A DNA stretch of 57,217 bases from assembly GCA_002747145.1 (NCBI GenBank), contig PDTI01000014.1, forward strand, positions 1 to 57,217, read 5' to 3'. Made by a program: the position numbers and the translations under genes. Shown piece after piece: positions 29,409 through 39,362 of the stretch. Source of the DNA: Desulfobacter postgatei. Lineage in GTDB: Bacteria; Desulfobacterota; Desulfobacteria; Desulfobacterales; Desulfobacteraceae. Under the pieces are notes generated by a model. That model searched no databases. It saw nothing but the letters and a program-made list of their open reading frames with translations, and had not been told where the DNA came from. Each line of letters starts with the position of its first letter. The stretch's first letter is position 1.

Positions 29409-30123
29409 ACGCTTTGTTCAAAGAGCTTATCAGCCCTATAAATGGATTATTGTCATTCCGGCCATCATTTTAAATACCCTGGTCATGGGACTGGGATGCA
29501 TTGTTGCAGTGGCTGTTTTTGGTTCGGACAAGGCGGATCTACTGGCGCAGATATGGGCCAGAATAGTTTGCGCAATTACGCTCATACGGGTCAGAATCCA
29601 GGGCAGGCAAAATTACGATCCATTATCCCCTTACGTGGTGGTGGCCAACCATAAAAGCATGGTGGATATCCCTGTAATCCAGGGGTTTACAGGCCTTACC
29701 ATCAAATGGGTGATGAAAATTGAGCTTAAAAAAATCCCGGTGTTCGGCACAGCCTGCTCTTTTCTTGGCTATATTTATGTAAACAGATCCAGTGCGCAGG
29801 CTGCCGTGAAATCCATAAAAGCGGCAAAAAGCAAATTGTCAAGCAGGGCCAGCGTACTTTTTTTTGCAGAAGGGACAAGATCCAAGGGCGACCTTCTGCC
29901 GTTTAAAAAAGGGGCCTTTGTCTTTGCCATGAATTCAGGACGGCCTGTTTTGCCGATAACGATTAAAAATTCAGAACAGATTCTTCCCTCTAATACCCTT
30001 GATCTCATGCCGGGTACGGTGGATCTTATCATCCATCCCCCAGTGCATATTACAAACTGCAGCAAGGCAGAACTGGATAAAAAAATTGCTCAGATCCACC
30101 AAACCGTGGCAAGCGCCCTTTAG
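29401..30123 (+). CDS. plsC: 1-acyl-sn-glycerol-3-phosphate acyltransferase
   Basis: VANHKSMVDI, FAEGTRS, FKKGAF. Confidence 0.88.
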   Translation: MNKRFVQRAYQPYKWIIVIPAIILNTLVMGLGCIVAVAVFGSDKADLLAQIWARIVCAITLIRVRIQGRQNYDPLSPYVVVANHKSMVDIPVIQGFTGLTIKWVMKIELKKIPVFGTACSFLGYIYVNRSSAQAAVKSIKAAKSKLSSRASVLFFAEGTRSKGDLLPFKKGAFVFAMNSGRPVLPITIKNSEQILPSNTLDLMPGTVDLIIHPPVHITNCSKAELDKKIAQIHQTVASAL

Positions 30124-30167
30124 AGCCTGTTTGATAATTGATGAATCGGCTGCAATCTCATAAAAAT
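30123..30167 (+). mobile_element. MITE family C left-end fragment
   Basis: GAGCCTGTTTGATAATTGATGAATCGGCTGCAATC; overlaps plsC stop. Confidence 0.85.
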
Positions 30168-30425
30168 CGTACCACCACATCGCACCACCACTTCCATTCA
30201 CAATCCTCCACATAACTTTTCCCCACATTTAGCACGATATATAACCATTTGATTTTAAATTTAAAATACAAAAAAATTCCCAAACCATTCCATATTTTCA
30301 GGGCAAATTTTAAATTTTTTCTCCAATGCAATTTTTAATCAAATGCATTTGCCCCATCATAGTCACCTAACTTTCTTTTAAATTAATCATTTTTTAACTT
30401 GACTTCTCTTTTATTTTTCGTGAAA

Positions 30426-30452
30426 ATGGTAGCATAGTGGGTGTAAAGTGGA
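30426..30452 (+). promoter_or_regulatory. MraZ-binding repeats at dcw promoter
   Basis: ATGGT-N6-GTGGG-N6-GTGGA, 11-nt period, just upstream of mraZ; TTGACT at 30399. Confidence 0.65.
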
Positions 30453-30479
30453 TGTAGTATTTAGAAAAAGACGATTCAA

Positions 30480-30920
30480 ATGTTTCGATCCAGTTCTTGC
30501 CATACAATAGATGACAAAGGAAGGCTGATTATCCCGGCACGATTCAGGAAAGTGCTCAAGGACGAGGATGATTACGGGATCGTGGTCTCAAGCAAAGACG
30601 GATGCATCTTTGCCTTTACTTTCAGCGGATGGAAGGCGGTTGAGGACAGCTTGAAAACAGTTAAAACCGCAGGCATGCAGCGGTTCAAACGTTTTTTTCT
30701 GGGTAATGCCTGTCCCCTGACATGTGACAAGCAGGACAGGGTCTTAATTCCCCAAAATCTGAGAATCTATGCAGGGATAGACAAAGAGGTCGTTCTTGTG
30801 GGTGTTTTGGACCGGTTTGAAATCTGGGCAAAAGAGAAATGGGAGCTGGAACAAAAGATTATGGAACAGGAGCTTGAACGGGAGGACGTCAAAGAAGAAA
30901 TTGCTTCCATAGGCTTATAA
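30480..30920 (+). CDS. mraZ: transcriptional regulator MraZ
   Basis: HTIDDKGRLIIPARFR, DKQDRVLIP, VGVLDRFEIW. Confidence 0.96.
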   Translation: MFRSSSCHTIDDKGRLIIPARFRKVLKDEDDYGIVVSSKDGCIFAFTFSGWKAVEDSLKTVKTAGMQRFKRFFLGNACPLTCDKQDRVLIPQNLRIYAGIDKEVVLVGVLDRFEIWAKEKWELEQKIMEQELEREDVKEEIASIGL

Positions 30921-30924
30921 TAAC

Positions 30925-31863
30925 ATGGCATTTCAACATACCTCTGTCATGCCCAATCAGGTGCTTGCATACCAGAATCTTAAACCCGCAGATATATGCG
31001 TGGACTGCACCCTTGGTGGATGCGGGCACGCGTTGGCAACGCTCAGGGCTATAGGTTCCGGCGGGCTGCTCATCGGTATTGACCAGGACATGGATGCCAT
31101 TGCCAACGCCCGAAGGGTATTGCAGCCTTTTGAGGACAATGTCCGGCTGTACCATAACAACTTCAGTGATCTGCCCGGTATTCTCAAAGATGCGGGCATT
31201 CACGCAGTTAACAGCATCCTTATAGATCTAGGCTTTTCACTCAACCAGCTGACCCAAAGCAAACGGGGATTCAGCTTTAACAAAGAGGAACCCCTGGATA
31301 TGCGGATGGATATGCGCAATTCGTTAACCGCACACCAGGTGGTGAATACCTATTCGGAAAAACAATTGGTTGATATTTTTTTTACATACGGGGAAGAACG
31401 CTTTTCAAGGCGGATAGCAAGGGCCATCACTGAAAAAAGAATCTGCGCCCCCATTGCCACCAGCCTTGAACTGGCCAGGGTTATTGAAAACGCCGTGCCT
31501 GCCCATGCCAGGGCAAAGCAGAAAATCCATCCGGCCACCCGGGTGTTCCAGGCTCTGCGCATTGTGGTCAACCGGGAGCTTGAACGTTTGGAGGCATTTA
31601 TGCAGGCGGTTCCCTCCATGCTGCTCAAGGACGGGCGTATCAGCATCATCTCCTTTCACTCCCTGGAAGACCGTATTGTCAAGCAGCGGCTGCGCGCCTT
31701 TGAGAACGGGTGCACATGCCCAAGACAGTTCCCTAAGTGTATATGCGGATTTGTAAAACAGATGAAATCCATTACCAGAAAACCTGTGACTGCAGAGGTT
31801 GACGAACTTGAAGCAAACCCCATGGCAAGAAGCGCCAAGTTACGGGTAGCCCAGAGAGTATAA
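30925..31863 (+). CDS. rsmH: 16S rRNA m4C1402 methyltransferase
   Basis: HTSVM, DCTLGGCGH, PLDMRMD, HPATRVFQALRI.VN.EL, ISFHSLEDRIVK. Confidence 0.97.
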   Translation: MAFQHTSVMPNQVLAYQNLKPADICVDCTLGGCGHALATLRAIGSGGLLIGIDQDMDAIANARRVLQPFEDNVRLYHNNFSDLPGILKDAGIHAVNSILIDLGFSLNQLTQSKRGFSFNKEEPLDMRMDMRNSLTAHQVVNTYSEKQLVDIFFTYGEERFSRRIARAITEKRICAPIATSLELARVIENAVPAHARAKQKIHPATRVFQALRIVVNRELERLEAFMQAVPSMLLKDGRISIISFHSLEDRIVKQRLRAFENGCTCPRQFPKCICGFVKQMKSITRKPVTAEVDELEANPMARSAKLRVAQRV

Positions 31864-31880
31864 AACAAGGGAGTCCAGCC

Positions 31881-32192
31881 GTGAAAACACCACAAAAACA
31901 GACAGACGCCACCCAGAGCCGAAAAGGGCTGCTGTGGTTTTTTCTCATCCTTGTGCTGGCAGCTGAGCTCATTTGCAACTCCTGGATCAGAAGCGAATCC
32001 AGCCAGGCCATTATCAGGATTACAGACACTGAACGCCGGCTCCGGAAACTGGCAGCTTACCGCCAGGCCCTGGGCGTGGAAATCGAGCGCCTGAAATCCG
32101 AAGCACGGATCACCCGCATCGCCCGCACCCGGTTGGGGCTGGCATCGGACATCTTTAATCAAACCATTTACCTGCCCAAGGAAAGGACGTAA
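31881..32192 (+). CDS. ftsL: cell division protein FtsL
   Basis: Single TM plus coiled coil, RITRIARTRLGL, position between rsmH and ftsI. Confidence 0.8.
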   Translation: MKTPQKQTDATQSRKGLLWFFLILVLAAELICNSWIRSESSQAIIRITDTERRLRKLAAYRQALGVEIERLKSEARITRIARTRLGLASDIFNQTIYLPKERT

Positions 32193-33932
32193 ATGGCGGC
32201 AACCCCCAGTGAAAATATAGGTTTACGGATTCTTTTCATCCGTTTCTTTCTGCTGCTGTGCCTGGTGAGCATTGTCATCCGCTCATTTGACATCCAGATT
32301 CTGCAGGGGGATACACTTCGGAAAAAAGCTGAAAAGACCTATATCAGGCGGATCACCATCCAGGGAGACCGGGGGCTGATCCTTGACCGTCACTTAAACA
32401 AGCTAGGGGCCAGCATTGCGGCACCCAACATTACCGCAGACCCCACCCAGGTCAAAAATGCCCGGCAGACAGCAGATCAACTGGTAAACATTCTTGGCGG
32501 CAGCCGGACTGACATGGAAAAAAAGCTGTCCCAAAAACGCCGGTTTGCGCTTCTGGCAAGCAGAGTGTCGCCTGCCAGGGCAGACAAAGTAAAAAAGCTG
32601 AACCTTGCCGGTATCTATACACCAGATAACTCCAAACGTTTCTACCCCAACCGGGGCCTGGCAGCCCAGGTCATCGGATTCACAGGCTCAGATGACCACG
32701 GCCTTGAGGGGCTGGAACTGTTTTATAATGACTTTCTGAAAGGCCGGACCCTGAAGACGGAAGAATACAGGGACGGCCAGGGTACAATCCTTGATACGGG
32801 AAAAAACAAGCGTGACAGCCTTCAGGGAGACACCCTTGTTTTAACCCTGGATAAAAAAATTCAGTTTTTCAGCGAACAGGCCCTTGAGAAGGCCGTAACA
32901 AAATACCGGGGCAAATCAGGCACAGCTCTTGTCATGCAGCCCAACACTGGTGAACTGCTTGCCGTGGCCCATTACCCGGAATTCAATCCTAACAACTATG
33001 GTGATTTCAGCCGGAACCGGTACAGAAACAGGGCCGTCCTTGACGTATTTGAGCCCGGTTCCATTATAAAGGTGGTCACTGTGGCCGCGGCCATTGAAGG
33101 AGGCATGTCCGCCACAGCCATTATCAATTGTGAAAACGGCGATTATCAGGTGGGCAGAACGGTCATCCATGACACCCATCCTTATGATTATCTGACCCCG
33201 GGACAGATTCTGAAAGTTTCCTCCAACATCGGTGCTGCAAAAATCGCCCAGAATATAGGCCCCAAGGCCATGCACTATTATCTGAAGGCCTTTGGATTCG
33301 GCACAAAAACCGGGATCAACTGCCCGGCAGAGCGCTCTGGCCTTATTCGGCCTCTAAACTGCTGGACAGACATTGATGCTGTCTCCATCTCCTTTGGCCA
33401 GGGCATGTCAGTGACTGCGCTCCAGCTTATCAGCGCCGTATCAGCCATAGCCAACGGCGGTAAACTGATGAAGCCGCTGCTGGTTAAAAAGATTCTTTCC
33501 AATTCAGGTGAGATGATCCGGGAAAATAAACCCCGGGTGGTTCGCCAGGTGATCAGTGCCAACACCGCAGGGATTGTTAAAAAAATGATGGTCAGAGTGG
33601 TTCACCAGAAGGAAGGAACAGGAACCCAGGCCGCCATCCCCGGCTACCGGATATGCGGCAAAACCAGTACAGCTCAGAAAGTGGCCAGAGATAAAAAAGG
33701 ATACTCCCATTCCCGGTTCACTGCTGCATTTGCAGGCTTTGCCCCCTTTGACAACCCTGTCCTGGCCATTCTGGTGGTGGTGGACGAACCCAAAAAGAAT
33801 CATTACGGCGGCATTGTGGCAGCGCCGGCATTCAAGGATATCATGGCCCGGTCCTTTAATTATCTGAATATTACGCCTCAGACAGACATCCTAGCAGCAT
33901 TACCCCGGAAGGTGTCCCATGCAGTTGACTGA
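32193..33932 (+). CDS. ftsI: class B PBP FtsI/PBP3
   Basis: RG.I.DR, R.YP, GLEGLE, EPGSIIK, SSN, KTSTAQK. Confidence 0.93.
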   Translation: MAATPSENIGLRILFIRFFLLLCLVSIVIRSFDIQILQGDTLRKKAEKTYIRRITIQGDRGLILDRHLNKLGASIAAPNITADPTQVKNARQTADQLVNILGGSRTDMEKKLSQKRRFALLASRVSPARADKVKKLNLAGIYTPDNSKRFYPNRGLAAQVIGFTGSDDHGLEGLELFYNDFLKGRTLKTEEYRDGQGTILDTGKNKRDSLQGDTLVLTLDKKIQFFSEQALEKAVTKYRGKSGTALVMQPNTGELLAVAHYPEFNPNNYGDFSRNRYRNRAVLDVFEPGSIIKVVTVAAAIEGGMSATAIINCENGDYQVGRTVIHDTHPYDYLTPGQILKVSSNIGAAKIAQNIGPKAMHYYLKAFGFGTKTGINCPAERSGLIRPLNCWTDIDAVSISFGQGMSVTALQLISAVSAIANGGKLMKPLLVKKILSNSGEMIRENKPRVVRQVISANTAGIVKKMMVRVVHQKEGTGTQAAIPGYRICGKTSTAQKVARDKKGYSHSRFTAAFAGFAPFDNPVLAILVVVDEPKKNHYGGIVAAPAFKDIMARSFNYLNITPQTDILAALPRKVSHAVD

Positions 33933-36906
33933 CATCCTGAACACCACACAGATTGAGCTCACGCCGGATCAGGAACAGGCAGGCATCGGCAATACCGCCA
34001 TCTCGGATATCACCTGCGACTCCAGGCAGGTGGTGCAAGGCGCGTTATTCATTGCCGTGGACGGCTGCACCGCAGATGGCCATGATTATATTGCCCAGGC
34101 CTTTGACAAAGGCGCAGCAGCGGTTCTGGCCCAGAAAATCCCCCCAGGGCTGCCCCGGGAACAGGCCCGGCATATTGTTCTTTCAAAGAACACCCGCAAA
34201 GATACCGCCATTGCCGCTGCAAACTTTTTTGGTCACCCCTCAAAGGATCTGGTGCTTGTGGGGATCACCGGAACCAATGGTAAAACCAGCATTACCTGGC
34301 TGTTGGAACAGATTTACCAGACCTGCGGGATCACCTGCGGCGTGATCGGCACCATCAATATCAGATATCCGGGCGCCACCATTGACAACCCTGTCACCAC
34401 CCCGGATGCGGTGTGCCTGCAGAAAACCATGTATGAGATGAAGCTTGCCGGTGTCACCCATGTCATCATGGAGGTCTCCTCCCACAGCCTGGATCAGCAC
34501 CGGGTAAACGGATGCGATTTCAATGCCGCCGTATTCACCAACCTCACCCAGGACCACCTGGATTACCATGATGGCTTAGAAGATTATTTTGCCTGCAAGA
34601 AAATCCTGTTCACAAAATTTTTAGGCCCCTTTGGGGACGGAACCCGGGGCAAGGCCGTCATCAACATTGATAATGCGTACGGCACCCGGTTAGCAGACAG
34701 TCTTGAGCTGCCGGTAATGCGGGTCAGTGCAGAGCGTGAAGCCGATATCCGGGCCATTGAGATCACAGACGACATCCACGGCCTGAAAGCCACCCTTGAC
34801 TTCAGTGGTGTACACGCCCCCATGCACAGCGTACTCACCGGCCGCTTCAACCTGGAAAACATCCTATGTGCGGCAGGTGCGGCATTGGCCACCGGTATCT
34901 GCCCCGAATCCATTGTCCAGGGCATTGCCAGCCTTGAACGGGTACCGGGCCGGCTTGAAAAACTTTCCACGGAATTGAACCGGCATATCTTTGTGGATTA
35001 TGCCCACACCCCGGATGCCCTTGAATCCATCCTGAAAACCCTTGCCGACCGGGCCCCTGAACGACTGATCACGGTGTTTGGGTGCGGCGGAGACCGGGAC
35101 CGCACCAAACGCGGCCCCATGGGCGCCATTGCCTGCAGATATGCGGACATCGCCATTGTCACCTCGGATAATCCGCGAACCGAAAACCCGGACGCCATCA
35201 TTGACGAAATTATAGACGGCATCCGTGCCCAGGGGTTTAAACCCATTGATCCTGATGGATCAACGGCCGGTGAAAAAGGATATATCCGGATCACCGACCG
35301 GGCCAACGCCCTGGCCTTAGCCGTTCAACTATCAAAACCCCGGGACATTATCGTGGCGGCAGGCAAGGGCCATGAAACCTACCAGATCACCAATGCAGGC
35401 ACCATTCATTTTGATGACAAGGAACACTTAACCCAGGCCTGCATCAAGGCATTGACGCCCAGGCCATGGGATCTCCGGGATCTTTCCAATGCCCTTGGCC
35501 GTGATCCTGTCACCGTTTTGGGACAAAAAACAGCTGCCAGTGCCCCAACACCGATTTTCAGAGGCGTCAACACCGATTCAAGGACCATCACCCCTGATAT
35601 GGTCTTTCTGGCGCTGGCGGGAGAACGTTTTGACGGCCACAACTTTATTCCGGATCTGGCTGCAAAGGGGGTCTCAGCTTTTGTTGTCAGACAGGACTAC
35701 CTGGACACCCTGGACGTGGAAAAAAAACAATTGATGGGTAAAGCCGGGGCCTGTTTTTTTGAAGTACCGGACACCCTGACGGCTCTGGGACAGCTGGCGC
35801 ACTACCACAGGATGCGCTCAAACACCAAAATTGCGGCGATCACCGGTTCCAACGGAAAAACATCCACCCGGAAAATGGCCCAAGACATTTTTTGCCTGCA
35901 CCATGACACCCTGACCACCCAGGGCAACCTCAACAATGAAATCGGCCTGCCCCTGACTCTGCTCAGGCTGGCAGAGATCCATGAATGGGCCCTGGTGGAG
36001 ATGGGCATGAGCAACCCCGGAGAAATCGCCAGGCTTTCGGCCATTGCCCGGCCTGACATCGCCCTGGTCACCAACACCCATGGGTCGCATCTGCAAGGTG
36101 TGGGGTCACTGAAGAATGTGGCCCGGGCCAAAGCTGAAATTTTTACCGGGCTGAACCCCAAAGGCACAGCCATCATTTTTGCCGACGACCCCAGAGTTGA
36201 GATCCTTGTTCAGGGGGCAAAAGAACACGCAGCCACAGCCGGTCTCATCCGTTTCGGCACCCGCTCCCACAGCGAAGTACGTTTATCAGACATCCGCTTC
36301 ACCGGCCATGGTATCTCCTTTTCCCTTGCCATGAATGGGCATACGCGTCCATACAAGGTGCCCTCCCCGGCTGATTTCATGGCCGCTAATGCTGCCGCTG
36401 CCGCGGCCCTGGCCAAGGCTGCAAACATTGATGAATCAGATATTGCCCAGGGGCTGGAGGCATTTATCCCGGTCAGCGGCAGAATGGATGTCAGGCACTT
36501 TGACAATGGCATTCACCTCATTGACGACACCTACAACGCCAACCCCGCCTCCATGGACCAGGCCCTGAAAGTCCTGAACCGGCTGGCCGGGAGCAACCGG
36601 GGGATTGCCGTGCTCGGTGACATGCTGGAGTTAGGAGATCAAACCCAATGGCACCATCGGCAGGTGGGGCATCGGGTGGCGGCGCTTTCACCGGCAAGGC
36701 TCCTGCTGTTCGGCACCCAGGTCGCCCAGATCCGGCAAGGCGCGATTGAAAAAGGATACCCGGATGCACAGATCTTCATGGGCGGCAAACACACCTTGGC
36801 CCAGGCCCTTAAGGCATCCATTACACACGAAAACTGGGTACTGATCAAAGGCTCCAGGTCAATGGCCATGGAGACCCTGATTGCGGTACTTGAAAAGGCG
36901 GACTGA
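33919..36906 (+). CDS. murE-murF: bifunctional MurE-MurF fusion
   Basis: MurE: GITGTNGKTS, MEVSSH, DYAHTPD, SDNPR, AGKGHE; MurF: ITGSNGKTST, GNLNNEIG.P, DDTYNANP.SM, GDMLELG, KGSR. Confidence 0.95.
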   Translation: MQLTDILNTTQIELTPDQEQAGIGNTAISDITCDSRQVVQGALFIAVDGCTADGHDYIAQAFDKGAAAVLAQKIPPGLPREQARHIVLSKNTRKDTAIAAANFFGHPSKDLVLVGITGTNGKTSITWLLEQIYQTCGITCGVIGTINIRYPGATIDNPVTTPDAVCLQKTMYEMKLAGVTHVIMEVSSHSLDQHRVNGCDFNAAVFTNLTQDHLDYHDGLEDYFACKKILFTKFLGPFGDGTRGKAVINIDNAYGTRLADSLELPVMRVSAEREADIRAIEITDDIHGLKATLDFSGVHAPMHSVLTGRFNLENILCAAGAALATGICPESIVQGIASLERVPGRLEKLSTELNRHIFVDYAHTPDALESILKTLADRAPERLITVFGCGGDRDRTKRGPMGAIACRYADIAIVTSDNPRTENPDAIIDEIIDGIRAQGFKPIDPDGSTAGEKGYIRITDRANALALAVQLSKPRDIIVAAGKGHETYQITNAGTIHFDDKEHLTQACIKALTPRPWDLRDLSNALGRDPVTVLGQKTAASAPTPIFRGVNTDSRTITPDMVFLALAGERFDGHNFIPDLAAKGVSAFVVRQDYLDTLDVEKKQLMGKAGACFFEVPDTLTALGQLAHYHRMRSNTKIAAITGSNGKTSTRKMAQDIFCLHHDTLTTQGNLNNEIGLPLTLLRLAEIHEWALVEMGMSNPGEIARLSAIARPDIALVTNTHGSHLQGVGSLKNVARAKAEIFTGLNPKGTAIIFADDPRVEILVQGAKEHAATAGLIRFGTRSHSEVRLSDIRFTGHGISFSLAMNGHTRPYKVPSPADFMAANAAAAAALAKAANIDESDIAQGLEAFIPVSGRMDVRHFDNGIHLIDDTYNANPASMDQALKVLNRLAGSNRGIAVLGDMLELGDQTQWHHRQVGHRVAALSPARLLLFGTQVAQIRQGAIEKGYPDAQIFMGGKHTLAQALKASITHENWVLIKGSRSMAMETLIAVLEKAD

Positions 36907-36910
36907 TCCG

Positions 36911-37990
36911 ATGTTTTACCAGTTCTTATATCCGTTGCACGACTACCATACCATTTTCAATATTTTCAGGTATATTACCTTCCGGACCATATACGGGGGA
37001 CTGACCGCCTTTATCATCTGTTTTGTTCTCGGCACCTTCGTGATCCGGCGGCTGCAGGTCATGCATTTCGGCCAGATCATCCAGACCGATGGGCCCCAAT
37101 CCCATTTAAAAAAACAGGGCACCCCCACCATGGGGGGGATCATGATTTTGTTCTCCATTTTCGTGTCTACCTTTTTATGGGGAAACTTCACCAACCACTA
37201 TGTGGGGATACTGCTGCTCACCACCCTGCTATTTGGCGCCATCGGCTTTTTTGACGACTACCTGTCACTGTTGAAGAAAAAAAATATGGGATTCACGGCA
37301 AGGGCAAAACTCCTTCTCCAGCTCCTTTCAGGATTGCTCATCGGTTCCCTGATTTACAACAGCCCGGACTTCAATGCCTTACTCACGGTACCGTTTTTCA
37401 AAAAGGTGTCCATTGATTTAGGCATGTTGTATATCCCCTTTGCCTGTCTGGTGATTGTGGGCACATCCAATGCCGTCAATCTCACCGACGGCCTGGACGG
37501 ACTGGCCATCGGCCCTTTTATTGTGGCATCGGCGACCTATATGCTGTTTGCCTATGTGGCCGGCCATTCCGAGTTTGCCCAATATCTGCACGTCCGGCAC
37601 ATTCCTGCCGCCGGTGAAGTATCCGTTTTCTGCGGCATCCTGGCAGGCGCAGGCATGGGTTTTTTATGGTTCAATGCCCATCCGGCCCAACTGTTCATGG
37701 GCGATACCGGCTCTATCCCCCTTGGGGCCATTCTCGGGGCCATTGCCGTGATCACCAAACAGGAGATCATGCTGCTGCTGGTGGGCGGACTTTTTGTCAT
37801 GGAAGCGGTTTCCGTGATTCTCCAGGTCTCTTATTTCAAGATCACCCAAGGCAAAAGAATCTTCAGAATGGCACCGTTGCACCACCATTTTGAATTAAAA
37901 GGCTGGCATGAATCCAAGGTGATTGTCCGGTTCTGGATTATCTCCATCACCCTGGCTGCCCTGGCACTAAGCAGTTTGAAAATAAGATAA
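36911..37990 (+). CDS. mraY: phospho-MurNAc-pentapeptide transferase
   Basis: KQGTPTMGG, NAVNLTDGLDGLA, FMGDTGS, MAPLHHHFE. Confidence 0.97.
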   Translation: MFYQFLYPLHDYHTIFNIFRYITFRTIYGGLTAFIICFVLGTFVIRRLQVMHFGQIIQTDGPQSHLKKQGTPTMGGIMILFSIFVSTFLWGNFTNHYVGILLLTTLLFGAIGFFDDYLSLLKKKNMGFTARAKLLLQLLSGLLIGSLIYNSPDFNALLTVPFFKKVSIDLGMLYIPFACLVIVGTSNAVNLTDGLDGLAIGPFIVASATYMLFAYVAGHSEFAQYLHVRHIPAAGEVSVFCGILAGAGMGFLWFNAHPAQLFMGDTGSIPLGAILGAIAVITKQEIMLLLVGGLFVMEAVSVILQVSYFKITQGKRIFRMAPLHHHFELKGWHESKVIVRFWIISITLAALALSSLKIR

Positions 37991-37991
37991 A

Positions 37992-39362
37992 ATGATCAAT
38001 TTTTCCAAACCATATGAATTGATTGTGGGGTTAGGGGCCTGCGGGCTCTCCATGGCCCGGTTTTTACATTCCCGGGGGCATTGTGTGGCAGCCACGGACA
38101 TTGACGGGACAAAGACCAATGAAGCGGCAGCCTTACAAAAATCAGGTATCCCGGTAATGATCGGCAGGCATGACCAAAAGATGTTTGACAAGGCGTCCCT
38201 GATCATCCCCAGCCCCGGAATTCCCTTAACCATGCCCTTTATCAAGTCAGCTCAGGCCAGGGGGGTGCCCATAAAAGGGGAACTGGATATTTTTGCCCGA
38301 TACAACACCACACCTGTGATCGCAATCACTGGCACCAACGGGAAAACCACCACCACGGAACTGACAGCAGCCATGCTGGACGCCTCTGGGGTTTCCTGCT
38401 TTGTGGGCGGTAACATCGGCACCCCGCTGGTGGAATATCTCATGCAGGGGCATCCCAAAGATGTTGTGGTGGCCGAAATTTCCTCCTTCCAGCTTGACCT
38501 TGCCCAAAATTTCAGGCCCCATACAGCACTGCTTCTCAATATTGCCCAGGATCATCTGGACCGGTATCCGGACTTTGACGCCTATACCGATGCCAAATGG
38601 TCTGTTTTTAAACATATGACCGCCCTGGATACTGCCGTGATTAACGACCGTATCACGAATGTGTCAACCCGGACTAAAACCATTGGTGCCCGGATCTTTA
38701 CCTTTTCATCCACAGATCGTGTAATCCAGGGGGCAAGAATCCACAACCGGGGAATCGATATCCACACCGGCGACATCAGTGACACCCTTGCTGTAGACAC
38801 ATTCGCAGGGCTTCCCGGTATCCACAACAGGGAAAATGCTGCGGCTGCGGCCCTTGGGGCGCTAAGCTGCGGGGGCACCATGAAAGGGATCAGGCAGGCC
38901 TTAAAGAATTTTATCCTGCCGGATCATCGCATCGCCTTTGTCCGGGAGGTTGACGGCATCCGTTTTTACAACGACTCCAAGGCCACCAACGTGGATGCCG
39001 TGCTTCGCGCCCTGGAATCCTTTGAATCCCATGTGATTCTGATTCTCGGGGGAAGGGAAAAGGGCCTTGATTTTGCTCCCCTGGTGCCCGAAGTAAACGC
39101 CCGGGCCAAAGCGGTGATCGGTATGGGGGAAGCCGCCGGTCATATCATGGCAGCCTTTGAAGGTATCTGTCCCACCTACGCCTGCCCGGACATGACCTGT
39201 GCCGTTCACCAGGCCGTGTCTGTGGCAGACAAAGGCGATGTGGTGCTTTTATCCCCGGCCTGTGCAAGCTTTGATCTTTATGCCAACTATCAGGAACGGG
39301 GAGAGGATTTTGCCCGTATTGTCCATGCAATGGTCCCGGGTCAGGAGGTCTGCCATGGCTGA
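37992..39362 (+). CDS. murD: UDP-MurNAc-L-Ala:D-Glu ligase
   Basis: SPGIP, ITGTNGKTTTT, EISSFQL, NDSKATN, SPACASFD. Confidence 0.97.
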   Translation: MINFSKPYELIVGLGACGLSMARFLHSRGHCVAATDIDGTKTNEAAALQKSGIPVMIGRHDQKMFDKASLIIPSPGIPLTMPFIKSAQARGVPIKGELDIFARYNTTPVIAITGTNGKTTTTELTAAMLDASGVSCFVGGNIGTPLVEYLMQGHPKDVVVAEISSFQLDLAQNFRPHTALLLNIAQDHLDRYPDFDAYTDAKWSVFKHMTALDTAVINDRITNVSTRTKTIGARIFTFSSTDRVIQGARIHNRGIDIHTGDISDTLAVDTFAGLPGIHNRENAAAAALGALSCGGTMKGIRQALKNFILPDHRIAFVREVDGIRFYNDSKATNVDAVLRALESFESHVILILGGREKGLDFAPLVPEVNARAKAVIGMGEAAGHIMAAFEGICPTYACPDMTCAVHQAVSVADKGDVVLLSPACASFDLYANYQERGEDFARIVHAMVPGQEVCHG

